A stretch of 64,000 bases of DNA, taken from contig NW_019091356.1 of assembly GCF_001949145.1 (NCBI RefSeq), positions 737,660 to 801,659 of the forward strand. The letters are read 5' to 3'. Below the pieces are notes generated by a model that saw nothing but the letters and a program-made list of their open reading frames with translations, made no database searches and was not told the origin of the DNA. How positions within the stretch are numbered: position 1 is the first letter of the stretch; each line of letters starts with the position of its first letter. Of the stretch, positions 14,130 to 27,200 are shown in pieces. The DNA is from Acanthaster planci. Taxonomy: Eukaryota. The position numbers and the translations under genes were made by a program.

Positions 14130-14211
14130 TCCTTTTGCCGGGAAAAGTTTTTTCTGCAGTGATCATGCTTCCCGGCAAAAGGGCCTAAGCGCTTATGCCC
14201 TTCTGCCGGGC
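14130..14211. repeat. Short inverted-repeat cluster
   Basis: CCTTTTGCCGGGAA ... TTCCCGGCAAAAGG followed by a third related unit CCCTTCTGCCGGG. Confidence 0.6.
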
Positions 14212-15473
14212 ACACAACAAACTATTGTGAGGGAATTGTCATGAGCTAACCTGAGATTTAGAGCAGAACAACTTGTTGCCATTTCTTTTTAAAAGCAGAT
14301 TTTTATCCTTTATGTTTTCAACTGAAGAAACAAACAAACTATTTGTAAAGGGTAAAAACTGAAAAAATTGTATCTCAACATTTTTTAAATATGAAAATAT
14401 CGAGGCTGAAGAGGTGGATGGGATGAGTTTTTGTAATGACCTTGTTTGAGTAGCAGCTGTTCTTTTGAATCCTCACAGGTGTTTCTGTATACATTCTTTT
14501 TCCCATCAAGAATATTTTTACAGAGCCACCATTATAATGTATAAAATCAACCCTTCTGCTTAATGTTTGCCGTGCTGTCTAACAACAAATGACCATGGCT
14601 TGCACAGGAACTTAAAACGTAAAACACACTAGAGATAACTTCAAAAGGGACAAACCACGGTATTTACTACCCTGATTTATCGATGCTAGAGGTACTTTGA
14701 AGTCTTTTTGTAGGGTGTGACATGCAGGAGTTTTTGGGGTGCAAAGAATGTGTATTTATTGTAGCAGAAAATGATAATGTACCATCCATATTGGGTGATT
14801 GAATTTTATCGTTTTCTCTTTTTTCTTTTCTTTTTAAAGTTATGTTGTGATACAAGCATGGAAGAAAGCTGCCAAAAAACAATGAAATATATTCAAAATA
14901 AATTGATATATTTTAAAGGAAAATATTTCGGTGTATAATTTTCAGTAGAAAGATTTTAGTTAATTACGTAATACGCAGAAAATCTTGTAGGAAATGATGT
15001 TTCAGTATTTTAATGTGAAATTACATATACTTTAAGCTGAAGATTTACATGGCTCATATTTTGGGAGCGGAATTTGTCGGATAAATAAAAAAAGTATGCT
15101 GCCTTGCAGACTTTTAGTACATGCTACACAAAATACCTAAATGGGTTTAATTCTGAAAAAAGGCCTTTGTATTTGTGAAATATGGTGGATATTTGTTTTT
15201 TTTTCATAAATCAAAGTGATATAATGTCTGCTGACATGTCAGGAAAAGAAAACATAAAATACGAGAGTTCTACTCAAGTTAAAATATCTTAAGCAAAGTA
15301 AATCTGACCAAATAAAATTCAGTCTGCATGAAAAGGACATGGAAAAGAAGTGGCCGTGTCATTTAATTGTAATAGTCTGGAATCCAGATCACCTGTAGCA
15401 AATGGTAAACATTTCTGATGTCAAATGCATCAAGAGACTCTTTTGTTTGCTGGACAAGCGTAGGAAGTTCTGG

Positions 15474-15516
15474 GAACTTGTTTGAACTTGTTTGAACTTG
15501 TTTGAACTTGTTTGAA
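15474..15516 (+). repeat. Tandem repeat, 10-bp unit GAACTTGTTT x~4
   Basis: Directly visible. Confidence 0.9.
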
Positions 15517-16705
15517 TCTTGGCATCCAGTGTTGAAAATTTCCAGAGATGTTGGGACAAGTCATGTCATGAATATCGCAGCCACTGAGAATCTAGTATTC
15601 CTGACTGTTCACTGCAGCTCATATGTGTTGACATGTCTGTGTATTGAGTGAAGAGAAACGAATTTGTAGAATCAAGTGACACAAATGGACAAAATCTCTT
15701 GTTCGTGTACATGTACTTGTTAATGAACATAATGTGCAAACTCCAGATAACCTGTGTAAGTAAATAATCTGTGGCATAATACCCAAGTGAGATTCTCTCC
15801 AAACAATATTTTAGTTTCACGCATACAGACAAGCCAGATTGTGGTTACAATCACTGGACGTTTCATTTAAACAAATCATGTACGACTATTAATATTAAAA
15901 AGGATGCACAAGTGCAACATTTTGAAACTAATGTTTCTTGTCTGATTTGTTTGTCACAAAATTTGCACATCCCAGTAAAATATGTCAGTTAAATATCATC
16001 CCATCCCAACTTTTACATGTAAATATTTTATTCCCATATTTTGCATTGCAGAATTTTAATAAACAGGATAAAAATGAATATGTGAATAATTAACAACAAA
16101 TTACTGGCCTATTTAAAGTCCTGAACTCATTCTAGAGATCAGAGAGGACGATAAAAGTGACACTCTCATAGATTAAATAAGCTATCAGCCACATCAAACT
16201 GTGTCTAAAAATTACCCAAATTCTTCAAGGATGACCCTATGTCAAATTTACAGAATTAGTTTGTTTACGAGCAAAGGAACATGATCATCCAATAAAAGAC
16301 ATGTACAAAACTGTTCTTAGATTGTAGCATTAACTTTGATAAATGCCATGTTGCAGACAAAATGTTTTGTTGTAAGGAGCTCGTCACATATTCCAAAGCC
16401 CAATTTCCATGATATTGTCATTACACCTACATGAAGCATTCAGAGTAAAATAATTCCTGGCATAAAGCCCGTAATACCAATTACATGTACACCTGTGGAA
16501 CGGCACGGTGTCACACACTGCTGGGGAAGAGGGTATGTGAATGAAACTTACAATGAGGTCATTTGGTATTTTAAAAATACAAGGTCGTTCAGGAACAAAG
16601 CTCACATGTTAGTCTGCGTGAGGCCGGGCAGACTTTGCACGCATTTCAGAATGACACCTGGAAACCAAACTGGATCAGTACCAGCGAAGATGGGTGTGGT
16701 CTGTC

Positions 16706-19700
16706 TTATTTCTTCATGGCTGGCATTGGCAATGTTCCCATGTATTTGCTGATTATTGAAAGCATGACCTCATCTGCTCCTCCGCCAATTGATATTAGTC
16801 TGTAGAAGGAAGTAAACAGGTGTCATTGAATCTGACAAAGAAATACTTCGGGACCAAGTGCATGAATTCTTCGGCACAGGGGCTGAAATACACAAAACTG
16901 CAGAGGATCAAGGCAAGGCGCTTGTTTCGTATGTAATATTTAGCCATTGAGGCAACATCTCAAATCAACAGACCAACCGTAGAATCCATATTCTAGACCA
17001 AGTCCTTTATGACTCTTAAGCAACAAATTTCATATCTCTCAGCAGAATATCTTTTAATGGGATATTCACATATACATAAACGTCCTTGCACAAATTATCA
17101 GATTTTTGGCAAATCAAAGACCAATCAGCATCATTCCAGTTCTTAAATAAGAGGAAGGAGGGGCCTTTCATTGAATGAAGGTAATTTCACACCAGTTTTT
17201 AAAATTATGGCCTGAACTTACAGTCAATTTGTCCAACCTAACCATCCCTCTTTCTTTCCCACTTTCATACCTGAAATCTCGGTAGAATCGGCTGACCAGG
17301 ACTTCACTGGTGAAGCCCATCCCACCCCAAAATTGCAGGCAAGAATCACTGACTTCTCGGCACAGTCGACCCGTCTTGAGCTTACCCATGGAGGCTAGCT
17401 TGGTCACATCTACACCATGGATGTACAGACCTGACGGAAGAGGTTACAGAAAATAAAAATGGTAGTCAAATATTCAGAGTTGGGCTGACACTTTCATGGA
17501 AGAAGAAAGGCTTGGAAACATTGTCCCTTGTGTTCCTTAAGATGCTTTATCACCAGTGTTATAGCCAGCCATATTTTAGTGCAGGACAATTTAGTAATGG
17601 CGACCGGAGTCTTGCGAGTCATGGCCATGGGTCCCATTAACCACTGGGGACCGCCAGGGACTCCGGTTTCGGGCACCGTGTGTTTACACGTGTGGCCGGG
17701 TCTCCAAAATCAGACAAGGGGAACTGGGCCTTGTAACAAAAGACCGTACTCATAACAAAAAACCAGGCTGCTGGGCATTACCGACATTTTTTACCCTCAA
17801 TAGTGGAGTTAATCCAGCCTTGTTTTGAAACAGTATACCACGGTTTGGGACATTTAGTGCGAGTGGATTACCACCGGGGACAAAAGCGCTCTACCACCGC
17901 AGCGATGAGCCACACAGCACCTACTGAAGAAGTCAGTAGCAGGTTAGTGAAAAAAAGAACGTTACATAACACCTCACAATCTGGGCTCTTTTTACAAGGC
18001 AGCAGGCCTGGCTGAAATACTCGGGCATCAATAGATTTTGTCTGTCAGACAAGAGTGGCCACCAGACAGTAATTCGTGTGGGTGTAAACATCCATTAATT
18101 GAAATTATGAATTTTTATAGAATTTTGAAATCTGAAAATCTTGAAAAAGTCCGGATTACGTGCATTGCATTTTTCAAACCACCCGCCAGCAAGTGGTTAA
18201 GGGGACTCTAGATTGCTTTTTCAGTGAGTTTTCTCTCCAAATTGATTAAAAGTACAAATTTTTAAATTTTCTTCAGGTAAAAATATAAAATTTTCATAGT
18301 GACTAATGTTTAGCTGGACTAATATTTTGTTGAGATTCTTAAGGGTTGTTGTGCTGGTCGGTGGGCTGTTTCATCAAGCTTAGTGCCGGACGGTAGAAGG
18401 CTGTGGTGGAGATCCCTGACTGGTATCGACCAGTGTAGCTATAACACTGTTGGCCATGCTTACCTACAACAGGGATTTATTGAATGTGCTGCATATTTTG
18501 CTTTGAGCAAATTAAAGGAAGGCATATTAGTTGTATATCAGTTTTGTTGGTCACTGATGACTTAGTCAGCTTTTCACAATCAAAGACAATGAAACTAGAC
18601 TTGTCAGAAGTCCTTCCTTCACCCTCACCCACCTATGGTTCTGTACAACAGAGATCTCAGTAACTCTACTTCGGTCTGCAACTCGGCGAGACGATAGTGC
18701 ACTACTTGGTTGTCCAGGATAGACTTGCCAAAGGCTTTCCTCTGCTTGGTGTAAGCGATGGTTTCATTGATCATTATTTCCAGAGGCACAAGGGCTGAGA
18801 TGGAATCAACAAAATGAGATAAGAACAAAAATTACTGCACGTTGACACCCCTCAGTGGGCCTTTTAGTCATAGGAAAGCTTTTTCCTCCAGGGAATCTTA
18901 TCAAATACTCTTGAACGAAGAAAAAGTTGCATGAACATAACAGGGTGGTCCCCTGAGACATATGAACAGTCAGTGTTAAAAAACACTGTACTTTGTGCTG
19001 TGAAATAACAGCAGAGACCAAGTGCAACTGGGGTCAACCCAGAGTTGTAATCGAGTCAGTCACAAGTTACTGCAAGTCACCACAAGTCAGTCACAATTCA
19101 TTCGGCCACAAGTCGACTCAAAAGTTATTTAAATGAACTTTGACAAAGGCATTCCTTTATTATTGTTCATCTCTCTAGTTCTACACTGACTTGTGAAATA
19201 ACTTGGGAAATGACCCAAGCTCTGGGATCTTCCAAGATAACCACTTTCAGATTCTCCCACCTGCTGCTACCGCCCACATTCTTTCCTCTTGAAACTGCAG
19301 CATCTGATAGGTAAATCCCATTCCCTCCTGTCCAATAAGATTCTTCTGAGGCACTCGGACGTCCTCAAAGAACAGCTGAGCCGTGTCTGAGGACCACATG
19401 CCAATTTTGTCAATTTTCTGGGCCCTCACCACCCCTGAATGGGAAAAAAGAATTTTGGTATTCACCACACAAATTTTGAGTCTCAAACTTGCTACTTACT
19501 ATCAATATTTGACACAAATATCTGGTAATCCAAAATTGATAGCTTCTTTCAAACTTGTAATCCTCTAAAAATGGTGAGTCAACAACTGAGTCTAACTTCT
19601 TGAGATAGTGAAGCAGACATATTTTTGAACAAATCCTCAAGATTAAATCCTCTAGTATCTGGAGGTAATCTTACATACCTTTAGCATCCATAGGCACACA

Positions 19701-22022
19701 TATCAGTGATTTGTTCTGGTGTGCAGGACCATCACCTGTGTTCGCCAAGAGGCAGATCCAATCGGCCTTTATGCCATTGGTAATCCACATCTTGCCACCA
19801 TTGATGACATAATCCCCACCTTGTTTCTCTGCCCTCGTCTGAATACCTAGTGTTGAGATGAACCATAAAAGTTTAGAGTCAAGACCATCTGTGGGCGGCA
19901 TCCTTGCCTCTGATGTCTGTGACCCCTTGGAAAGTTTTGGAAGACCCAATTAATTTGGAATAGATAATGCCTCATGGGGACACATGGCCAAGTGTTTAGG
20001 GTCTGTGGCTTCCAATCATAGAGTTGGAGGTTCGAATCCAGCTGCTGGAAAGCTGTTGGGGCCCTTGGAAAACCACTTCACCCCTGCTTGCCTCTTTCCA
20101 CCCAGGGGTATAAATGGGGACCAGCATTAGCTGGGAAGCAACCTGCGAGGGACTGACATCCTATCCAGGGTAAATAGAAATATTCTCATTCGTTTCACGC
20201 CAAGGAAACCAGAGATAAACACCAGCCTGATGAGCCAAATTGGCTCAGACCAGACTTGCTTTGAATGCCTTCTGGACTTACTTGCTACGTCTGACCCGGA
20301 CCCGACTTCGCTGACACCTAGACAGGCAACGACATCACCAGCAATGGTTGGTGCAAGAAATTGCCTCCTCAGTTCATCACTGCCAAATCTTTGTCAAGTA
20401 CAAATGAAGTAGAAGTGAACCATATATGGTTGATAATAGGAAGTCAGAGTTAACATGGAAGCAGGAGTAAACTTAAACATTCCAAAAACTGTGGACAAAA
20501 ATGACTGACCTTGCCAAAGCAGGTGTAGCCATGTCAGACTGGACACCTATTGCCATGGGAATAGCTCCACATTTGATGTTTCCCAGCTCTTCTGCCATGG
20601 CAATACTGTAGCTGAAATCAAGACCTGATCCACCATACTCTGTAGGACAAACCGGAAAAACAGGTGTCTTGATTTTTTCCCTCAAGTTTCAACAATAAAT
20701 GGTAAAAAAAGGGAATGAAGGGAAGACAACGACAAAAATTTGATGGAAAGAAAAACCGCAAGATGTAATTTTACACGAGAGGACTGAGATTATTTGAGGA
20801 CTAACAGGGAGATGCCAAGTCTCTTATCTGTCTGTTGTATGATGTATTACTGAGAGTACCAAACGGCCTGCTGAAGAGACAAGCTGAAAGTAAGCTTGAG
20901 CGGTTACAATGATTAAAAGCTACAAATCACTTCAGTGCGAAATATGGAAGTTAACTTTTCACATCACATGTAAAATGCTACTGACAAAGACTTCGTGACA
21001 TGAGTAGACATCTGCATGACAGCCCATGACAGTCCATTTATTCTGCACCAACCCAAATCACTCGCTGTCGATACCTGTGGGTTTGTTGAGTCCCAAGAAC
21101 CCAGCCTCGCCGAGTTTCTTGAAGACTTCATGAGATGGGAACTGCCTCTCTGCTTCCCACTGATCCACATAAGGATTAATCTCCTTTTCAATCAGCTAGA
21201 AGGGAACAGGCAAAATAATACACAGTTTCCAGCACAAGGTTACTGATCAAAACAGACAGAATAAGTGTGTTAATTTTGAAAGTAAATAGGGTTAAGTTTA
21301 AAACGTAAAGATAAAATTTATTTTATTTGTTGATAAACATGAATTGTGATGGTCAGTGATCACTCCATATGGATTTTTTCCACATTTTTTCAACCATATC
21401 AACCTTGTTATTTTGATTGTGAAAATAATTTTGCTACTTCTTAGGATAATGTTACCCCTGGCCATGCTGGCCCACGTGCCCTTGCATAATCAGCATGCAT
21501 TACGTCTTGAAAAGGAGGGACTCCTCTAACACTGTGACCGTATAGGTGGTTGTCAGGTCCCTATTTTGCCACTGAGCCTCAACTTGAAGATTTAGGCTAC
21601 TACTGTGAAAAGCAATCTGACTTGAAAGTAATATTTAGGGACCTGGCGACTATACGGTCAAAAAACATGGTCAGGAGCATTAGCATGATTAGTTCTATTA
21701 TCTAATTCTAGGGGTATCAGTTACAGTGATACTAAGTAAGTTACACATTAGAGTTGTAACGTTAGGCATGTTTTGTTAGGTAGGCCTAGGCCTAATATTA
21801 TGACCGAGTACTTAATATTGTCACCTTCCCCAATGACCTCCTCATTTCAACATGCTGATCAGTAAAGATAGACTCATGACGGGTGTCATCAGACCTGTCT
21901 CCCGCAAGTTCAGACTGGGAGGAGGACTTCCGTATCCCAATCTGCAGCGATCGGGCGTCCAATCTCAAAGAACAAGCACATCTGAAAGTGAAACTGCTCC
22001 TAAACAGAAACGTCGCCATCAT
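16706..22022 (-). CDS. Acyl-CoA dehydrogenase (LCAD-group; acdh-6 / citronellyl-CoA dehydrogenase AtuD-like), 9 exons, 437 aa, probable mitochondrial presequence
   Basis: GT-AG exons: 22022-21825, 21195-21075, 20639-20510, 20388-20282, 19846-19679, 19434-19261, 18794-18633, 17430-17271, 16799-16706 (1314 nt). Motifs: [99 protein letters not shown]. Arg/Ser-rich N-terminus. Confidence 0.93.
19976..20261 (+). mobile_element. tRNA-derived SINE in ACAD intron 4 (antisense to host)
   Basis: A-box-like TGGCCAAGTG (~19985) and B-box GGTTCGAATCC (20029-20039). Then TCCACCCAGGGGTATAAATGGGGACC and AACCTGCGAGGGACTGACATCCTATCCAGGG, which resemble conserved Deu/Nin- and V-type SINE central domains (from memory). 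Confidence 0.8.
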
Positions 22023-22707
22023 TACGCTTGTTGTTCATACAAAAAAGATACGGCTACGGCCGGGAGTGCAGCAGGTTTCAGGCTAACAAAGCAAAGCCGT
22101 CGCTTCAAAAAGCAAAAGACATTGGTCTTAAAGGGATCAGGTCAACTCGGACCCAAACCAACTCGGACCCATTCCAACTCGGACCCATGCGAACTCGGAC
22201 CCAGTACCAACTCGGACCAACGCCAACTCGGACCCACAACCAACTCGGACCCACGTCAATTCGGACCCACGCTATTTCGGACTCACCTCGAGTCAACTCG
22301 GACCCACTGAGTCTTATGGTTGCGTTGCACCAAATACGCGTCCGTTGGCCGAAATAGCGCCGACCCTTAAACCTCGTGAAGAGGTTGGCCTTCATTTTTT
22401 TCGCTGGAAATTCAAGATAATTTTTTCCGCTTGAAATTCAAGATTATGGCCAGATTGATCACTTTTTGTTTCAATTTAATGAACTTTTTTATTCACCTTC
22501 TCCCGAGGATACCCCCCCTATCCAAAATAGGCCCGTATTGTGGGGCTTTTTTGTGAAAGAAATACTCTAAACCGGAAACTATCAATCCCAAATTCGGGAT
22601 TTATATAAATAAATCTATGATCCCTCGTGATTATGGCACGTTTTATTGTAGAAAATAAGAAACTGTGGGATCACAAAATATTAATAATGTATGGAATTCC
22701 GTATCTG

Positions 22708-22795
22708 CCGTCGTGCGTCGCCCGTCGTGCGTCGCCCGTCGTGCGTCGCCCGTCGTGCGTCGCCCGTCGTGCGTCGCCCGTCGTGCGTCGCCCGT
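22708..22795 (+). repeat. CpG-rich minisatellite, 14-bp unit CCGTCGTGCGTCGC x~6
   Basis: Perfect tandem copies, followed by a hairpin TTTTTGGTCAAGATTGCG / CGCAATCGGGACCAAAAA (~22797-22850). Confidence 0.9.
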
Positions 22796-22858
22796 GTTTT
22801 TTTTTGGTCAAGATTGCGGAATACCACTGCGCAATCGGGACCAAAAAAAAAAAAAAAA

Positions 22859-23702
22859 NNNNNNNNNNNNNNNNNNNNNNNNNNNNNNNNNNNNNNNNNN
22901 NNNNNNNNNNNNNNNNNNNNNNNNNNNNNNNNNNNNNNNNNNNNNNNNNNNNNNNNNNNNNNNNNNNNNNNNNNNNNNNNNNNNNNNNNNNNNNNNNNNN
23001 NNNNNNNNNNNNNNNNNNNNNNNNNNNNNNNNNNNNNNNNNNNNNNNNNNNNNNNNNNNNNNNNNNNNNNNNNNNNNNNNNNNNNNNNNNNNNNNNNNNN
23101 NNNNNNNNNNNNNNNNNNNNNNNNNNNNNNNNNNNNNNNNNNNNNNNNNNNNNNNNNNNNNNNNNNNNNNNNNNNNNNNNNNNNNNNNNNNNNNNNNNNN
23201 NNNNNNNNNNNNNNNNNNNNNNNNNNNNNNNNNNNNNNNNNNNNNNNNNNNNNNNNNNNNNNNNNNNNNNNNNNNNNNNNNNNNNNNNNNNNNNNNNNNN
23301 NNNNNNNNNNNNNNNNNNNNNNNNNNNNNNNNNNNNNNNNNNNNNNNNNNNNNNNNNNNNNNNNNNNNNNNNNNNNNNNNNNNNNNNNNNNNNNNNNNNN
23401 NNNNNNNNNNNNNNNNNNNNNNNNNNNNNNNNNNNNNNNNNNNNNNNNNNNNNNNNNNNNNNNNNNNNNNNNNNNNNNNNNNNNNNNNNNNNNNNNNNNN
23501 NNNNNNNNNNNNNNNNNNNNNNNNNNNNNNNNNNNNNNNNNNNNNNNNNNNNNNNNNNNNNNNNNNNNNNNNNNNNNNNNNNNNNNNNNNNNNNNNNNNN
23601 NNNNNNNNNNNNNNNNNNNNNNNNNNNNNNNNNNNNNNNNNNNNNNNNNNNNNNNNNNNNNNNNNNNNNNNNNNNNNNNNNNNNNNNNNNNNNNNNNNNN
23701 NN
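22859..23702. other. Assembly gap (844 N)
   Basis: Run of N. Confidence 1.
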
Positions 23703-24246
23703 GTTAGTATTGGGTCCGAGATGTTTGTGGGTCTGGGTTAGTATTGGGTCCTAGTTGGCATGGGTCCGAGTTGGAGTTGGTTGTGGGTCCGAGTTGGCAT
23801 GGGTCCGAGTTGCCTCGAAACCGTCTTAAAGATGTATGGCGCCACCAATTGGCGGATCATTGGCGTTTGACAGCAAAATAAATTACTTCCCTGGCCCTTG
23901 AGCTTCAGCATGCAGCCGGCCGTATCGTCGACGCGACGTGAACAGTAATTGTTATCGAAAGCACGGAAGATGATAAGAAAATCTTACATTTTTGACCTTA
24001 ACCCAAAACTTATCCTCAAGTGCTGAGCTTTAATTGATCGTGTGAATTCAACTGATGTGATGTATTCATTCTGGAAGGCGTCTTTCAGCTCGTATATGTC
24101 ATGAAAATGAGGAGAAATTAATCGAAACAATTTCGGTTTACCGCCGCGCCGGGTGAGACCTCCTTTGGGAAAAGGTACACATCCATTGCTCTTTGAGCCG
24201 TATCCTAGGCAACGTCTCCTGGTTTTATCCACAGCTAAGAGGCGAC

Positions 24247-27200
24247 ATGGCTGAACCAAGTGAAAGGGTGTACAGGGCGTTCATTGCTGTCAACTGTGTA
24301 TATTTGGTAAGACAATGGCAGTTTCATAAGTAAAAAAGTGATTAAAGATTTTATTTTTGCCAGTTTTGTAGCCCAGTTGCTGCAGCATGGCTAGACCTGT
24401 TTATTGGACCACATCAGATTTATTTGTTTTGTTTGGTTTGTTGTTTTATTTTGTTTCAGTTTGTTCATTTTTTTGTCTGTTGCTGTAAAATACATTGTAT
24501 ATTCCATGATTGGCTTAGCTGCGTTTAACATCTATATTGTTCAGCGCATTGGAACATATAGAAGTCAGCTCAGTAAAAATGAATAAATTATGAAATTCAG
24601 GTTCAGCAGATTAAGTTACATACATACTAACAAATAAAGAATATTTACAACAGTAATTATATTTTTGAGCAACTGGTGAGAAAAAGTCATACATGTATGT
24701 AGCGCTGCTTAAAAAGTAAGTTGGTCAAAAAATTTGCATCATTTTACTGAGTTGCCCACATGCATTTTGACTGGGCTATTTAAACTTTGCCAGCTGAGAC
24801 CTTGTTTGTCCGTGGCCAAACTCAGAGGTCTGTATTCTTGTGTGTAAAATTCATTCTTTCTCCAAAACAAATCAGGTTTTGAGGTTTGGTACATGTACAG
24901 TGTATTTAATTTTTTCCTCTTAAAAAAGATAGATGATAGACACAAGTTTATCACTTCAGTGTACACTGTATGTACTTGGAAAATTGAAAGCCTTGATAGT
25001 TTTCATTAATTCTATAAATCAAAGAAAGGGACTGAGTTAAATCAGGCCTGTCACTAAACTAAAGGGGGAGGGGAGATCAGGACTTGGCCTGTCTGGTGAT
25101 CGAGCAGCTGTCCCCCCATCGGCACAAACAGTAAGCATCATGATCAAATTAGTCTATTTTCATGATGTTCTTTCGGCTGGTTTTTATGCCCCCTTTCAAC
25201 TCAAAGCTGGTGGCAGGGTTAACTTAAAGATATAACAGTGTGACAGCGGGATAAATGAGGAAAGTCACATAACACATTTTGAATTAAAATGATTAAGCAA
25301 CAAATGCAGTTAACAAGTCATTAATATTCGGAAGAGAAAAATCCTGCTTCATTTGATGAGTTTTTAATAAAAGCTCTAGCTCAATGCTCGATTGTCCTGC
25401 TACTGTAAATTTGGCATTGGTGTAAATAATGTTGTTATTCTAGTACTTGGCTTTGTGTTGTGTGACAAGCACTTCATGAATATGTACACATTACGGAAAA
25501 ATGCGTTGAAAAATTTGCCAACATACCGCAGGGCTGAATAGAAGTGGTGTCAAATAATATCCCTGACTCACATGCTCCACTGAATATTGAAATAAAAAGG
25601 GTATCGTGAATTGAAAATATTGAAGTCTGTCTTCTGAGATAAATACATGTACAGATGATGACGGGCAGTAATTGTATGATGTACATTGACCCATTGACCA
25701 GCATAGGTTAATAATGGTCAGATACTGTACCAGTGCATATGCTAGACCAGAAAATGTGAACAGACATGAAACTACGAAAACTTCAAGGGACAAGATAAGT
25801 ACATTTTATAAATCAAGGTTAGTTAAGGCAATTAGGGTTCTTAAACAATATGTAATTTTGTTCACTGGTATGTTTTTGTAAACTTCCCGAAATCTTTTCA
25901 ACTGGAGCTTAGCATTGTTCTGTTAGAGAGGACTCAAAGTACAGGGGTATTAAACCACATACTCTACATGTACGTGAGCGTGAATGATTTTGACTGGAAC
26001 TGCTCCAACTGAACCCATATTCTGTCTCGTTACGATTCCACTGGCTGGTTTCTGCCTGCAGGCATCATTGCAGTGCATTATTCCCTGCATAATGGGGGGT
26101 ATATTGATTGACCTAGACACCTGTGTGATTGAGTCAGGGGTGTGCTCAAGGGAGATTGCTCTGTTACCAGCCCATGATAACCCATCACATAGAGGTTGGT
26201 TCTGTACTTTTTCACCATGCTCATAAATGGCACTGTAATGTTTTCTCTGGGAGTGTGATTGTCAGCCTGCAGATAATTACAGTGGATGTGTTTACATTGA
26301 TTGAAGCCTTCTAATGGTGATGAATTGACTCTTGACAATGGTTCAGCGTGATGAAGATGATAAAAGTGACGATGCTTGTACACAGGTACCTGTAGCATAC
26401 ACGTGCACCTGTAACTCTGAAATTTAGGACAAATACGTGTAGATCCAAGACAACTGTATCATTTATTCTTGGCAAAGTCATATAAAAATACATTTAAAAA
26501 AATAGAAAACATTTTTAAATCTTTGGAGTGGAAATATTTGTACCAGGAAACGGTACAAGTCTGACCATAATCTGCCTGTGCCTTATTATTCTCTAAACTT
26601 CTGATTTAACAACACCCAACAACAGTAATAAAATTCCCTTTTATGAATTTACAAATTTTTACCTTGGCTACTTTCAGTCAGCCACATGTGTTTGCTTTCA
26701 GATGTGCTTGGGGGAATCCAAATGCAAAATTCTGTAATTTATCACTTGGCTGCGTGACAGAATTACTCATACGGTGTTGGCAACGTCACAATCTTATCAT
26801 CATTCATGCTGATTAATTCCTGGCCCTTGATCAGTGCTGGTTGCAGTTGGAAGTACCTCCCAAAATGATATGATGCAAGTTGGTGTATTCTCCACGAACA
26901 ATTTTGGCATATGCCGCACTATAAGCATCAAGAGGGAAATGACATTTCCTAAGGGGCTGCTTGAATACAACAAAATATATTGCAGCGTTTGCTATTACCA
27001 TTTGAGTTAAAGTGCCAAAGAAATGATGAAGGTAGTTGTTATTGACCAGGGAAATATGCGGATTTCCTGGATTAGGTCTGCCTTATTTATTTGGGGGAAA
27101 AACTGAAAAATCTTGTCCATCTGCGCTTCGTCCTTTATTTTTTGGCCACACTCCGAAAAGCGTCAAGAATGTTGCAGCACAAGTAAAGATTTTTTCCCTT

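Larger units (their letters stand above)
22134..23822. mobile_element. Foldback/MULE-like DNA element with inverted subterminal tandem repeats and a 9-bp TSD (spans the assembly gap)
   Basis: GTCTTAAAG at 22125-22133 and 23823-23831. Left end GGATCAGGTCAACTCGGACCC; right end reverse-complemented GGTTTCGAGGCAACTCGGACCC. About 10 AACTCGGACCC-type units on the left and inverted GGGTCCGAGTT units on the right. Confidence 0.85.

Noticed and set aside
22144..22305. CRISPR-like array of AACTCGGACCC units
   Set aside because: Spacers are only ~5-7 nt, the context is eukaryotic and no cas genes are present; these are transposon subterminal repeats.
22627..23754. Three long ORFs (338-375 aa)
   Set aside because: Artefacts of translating through the N gap and a minisatellite.
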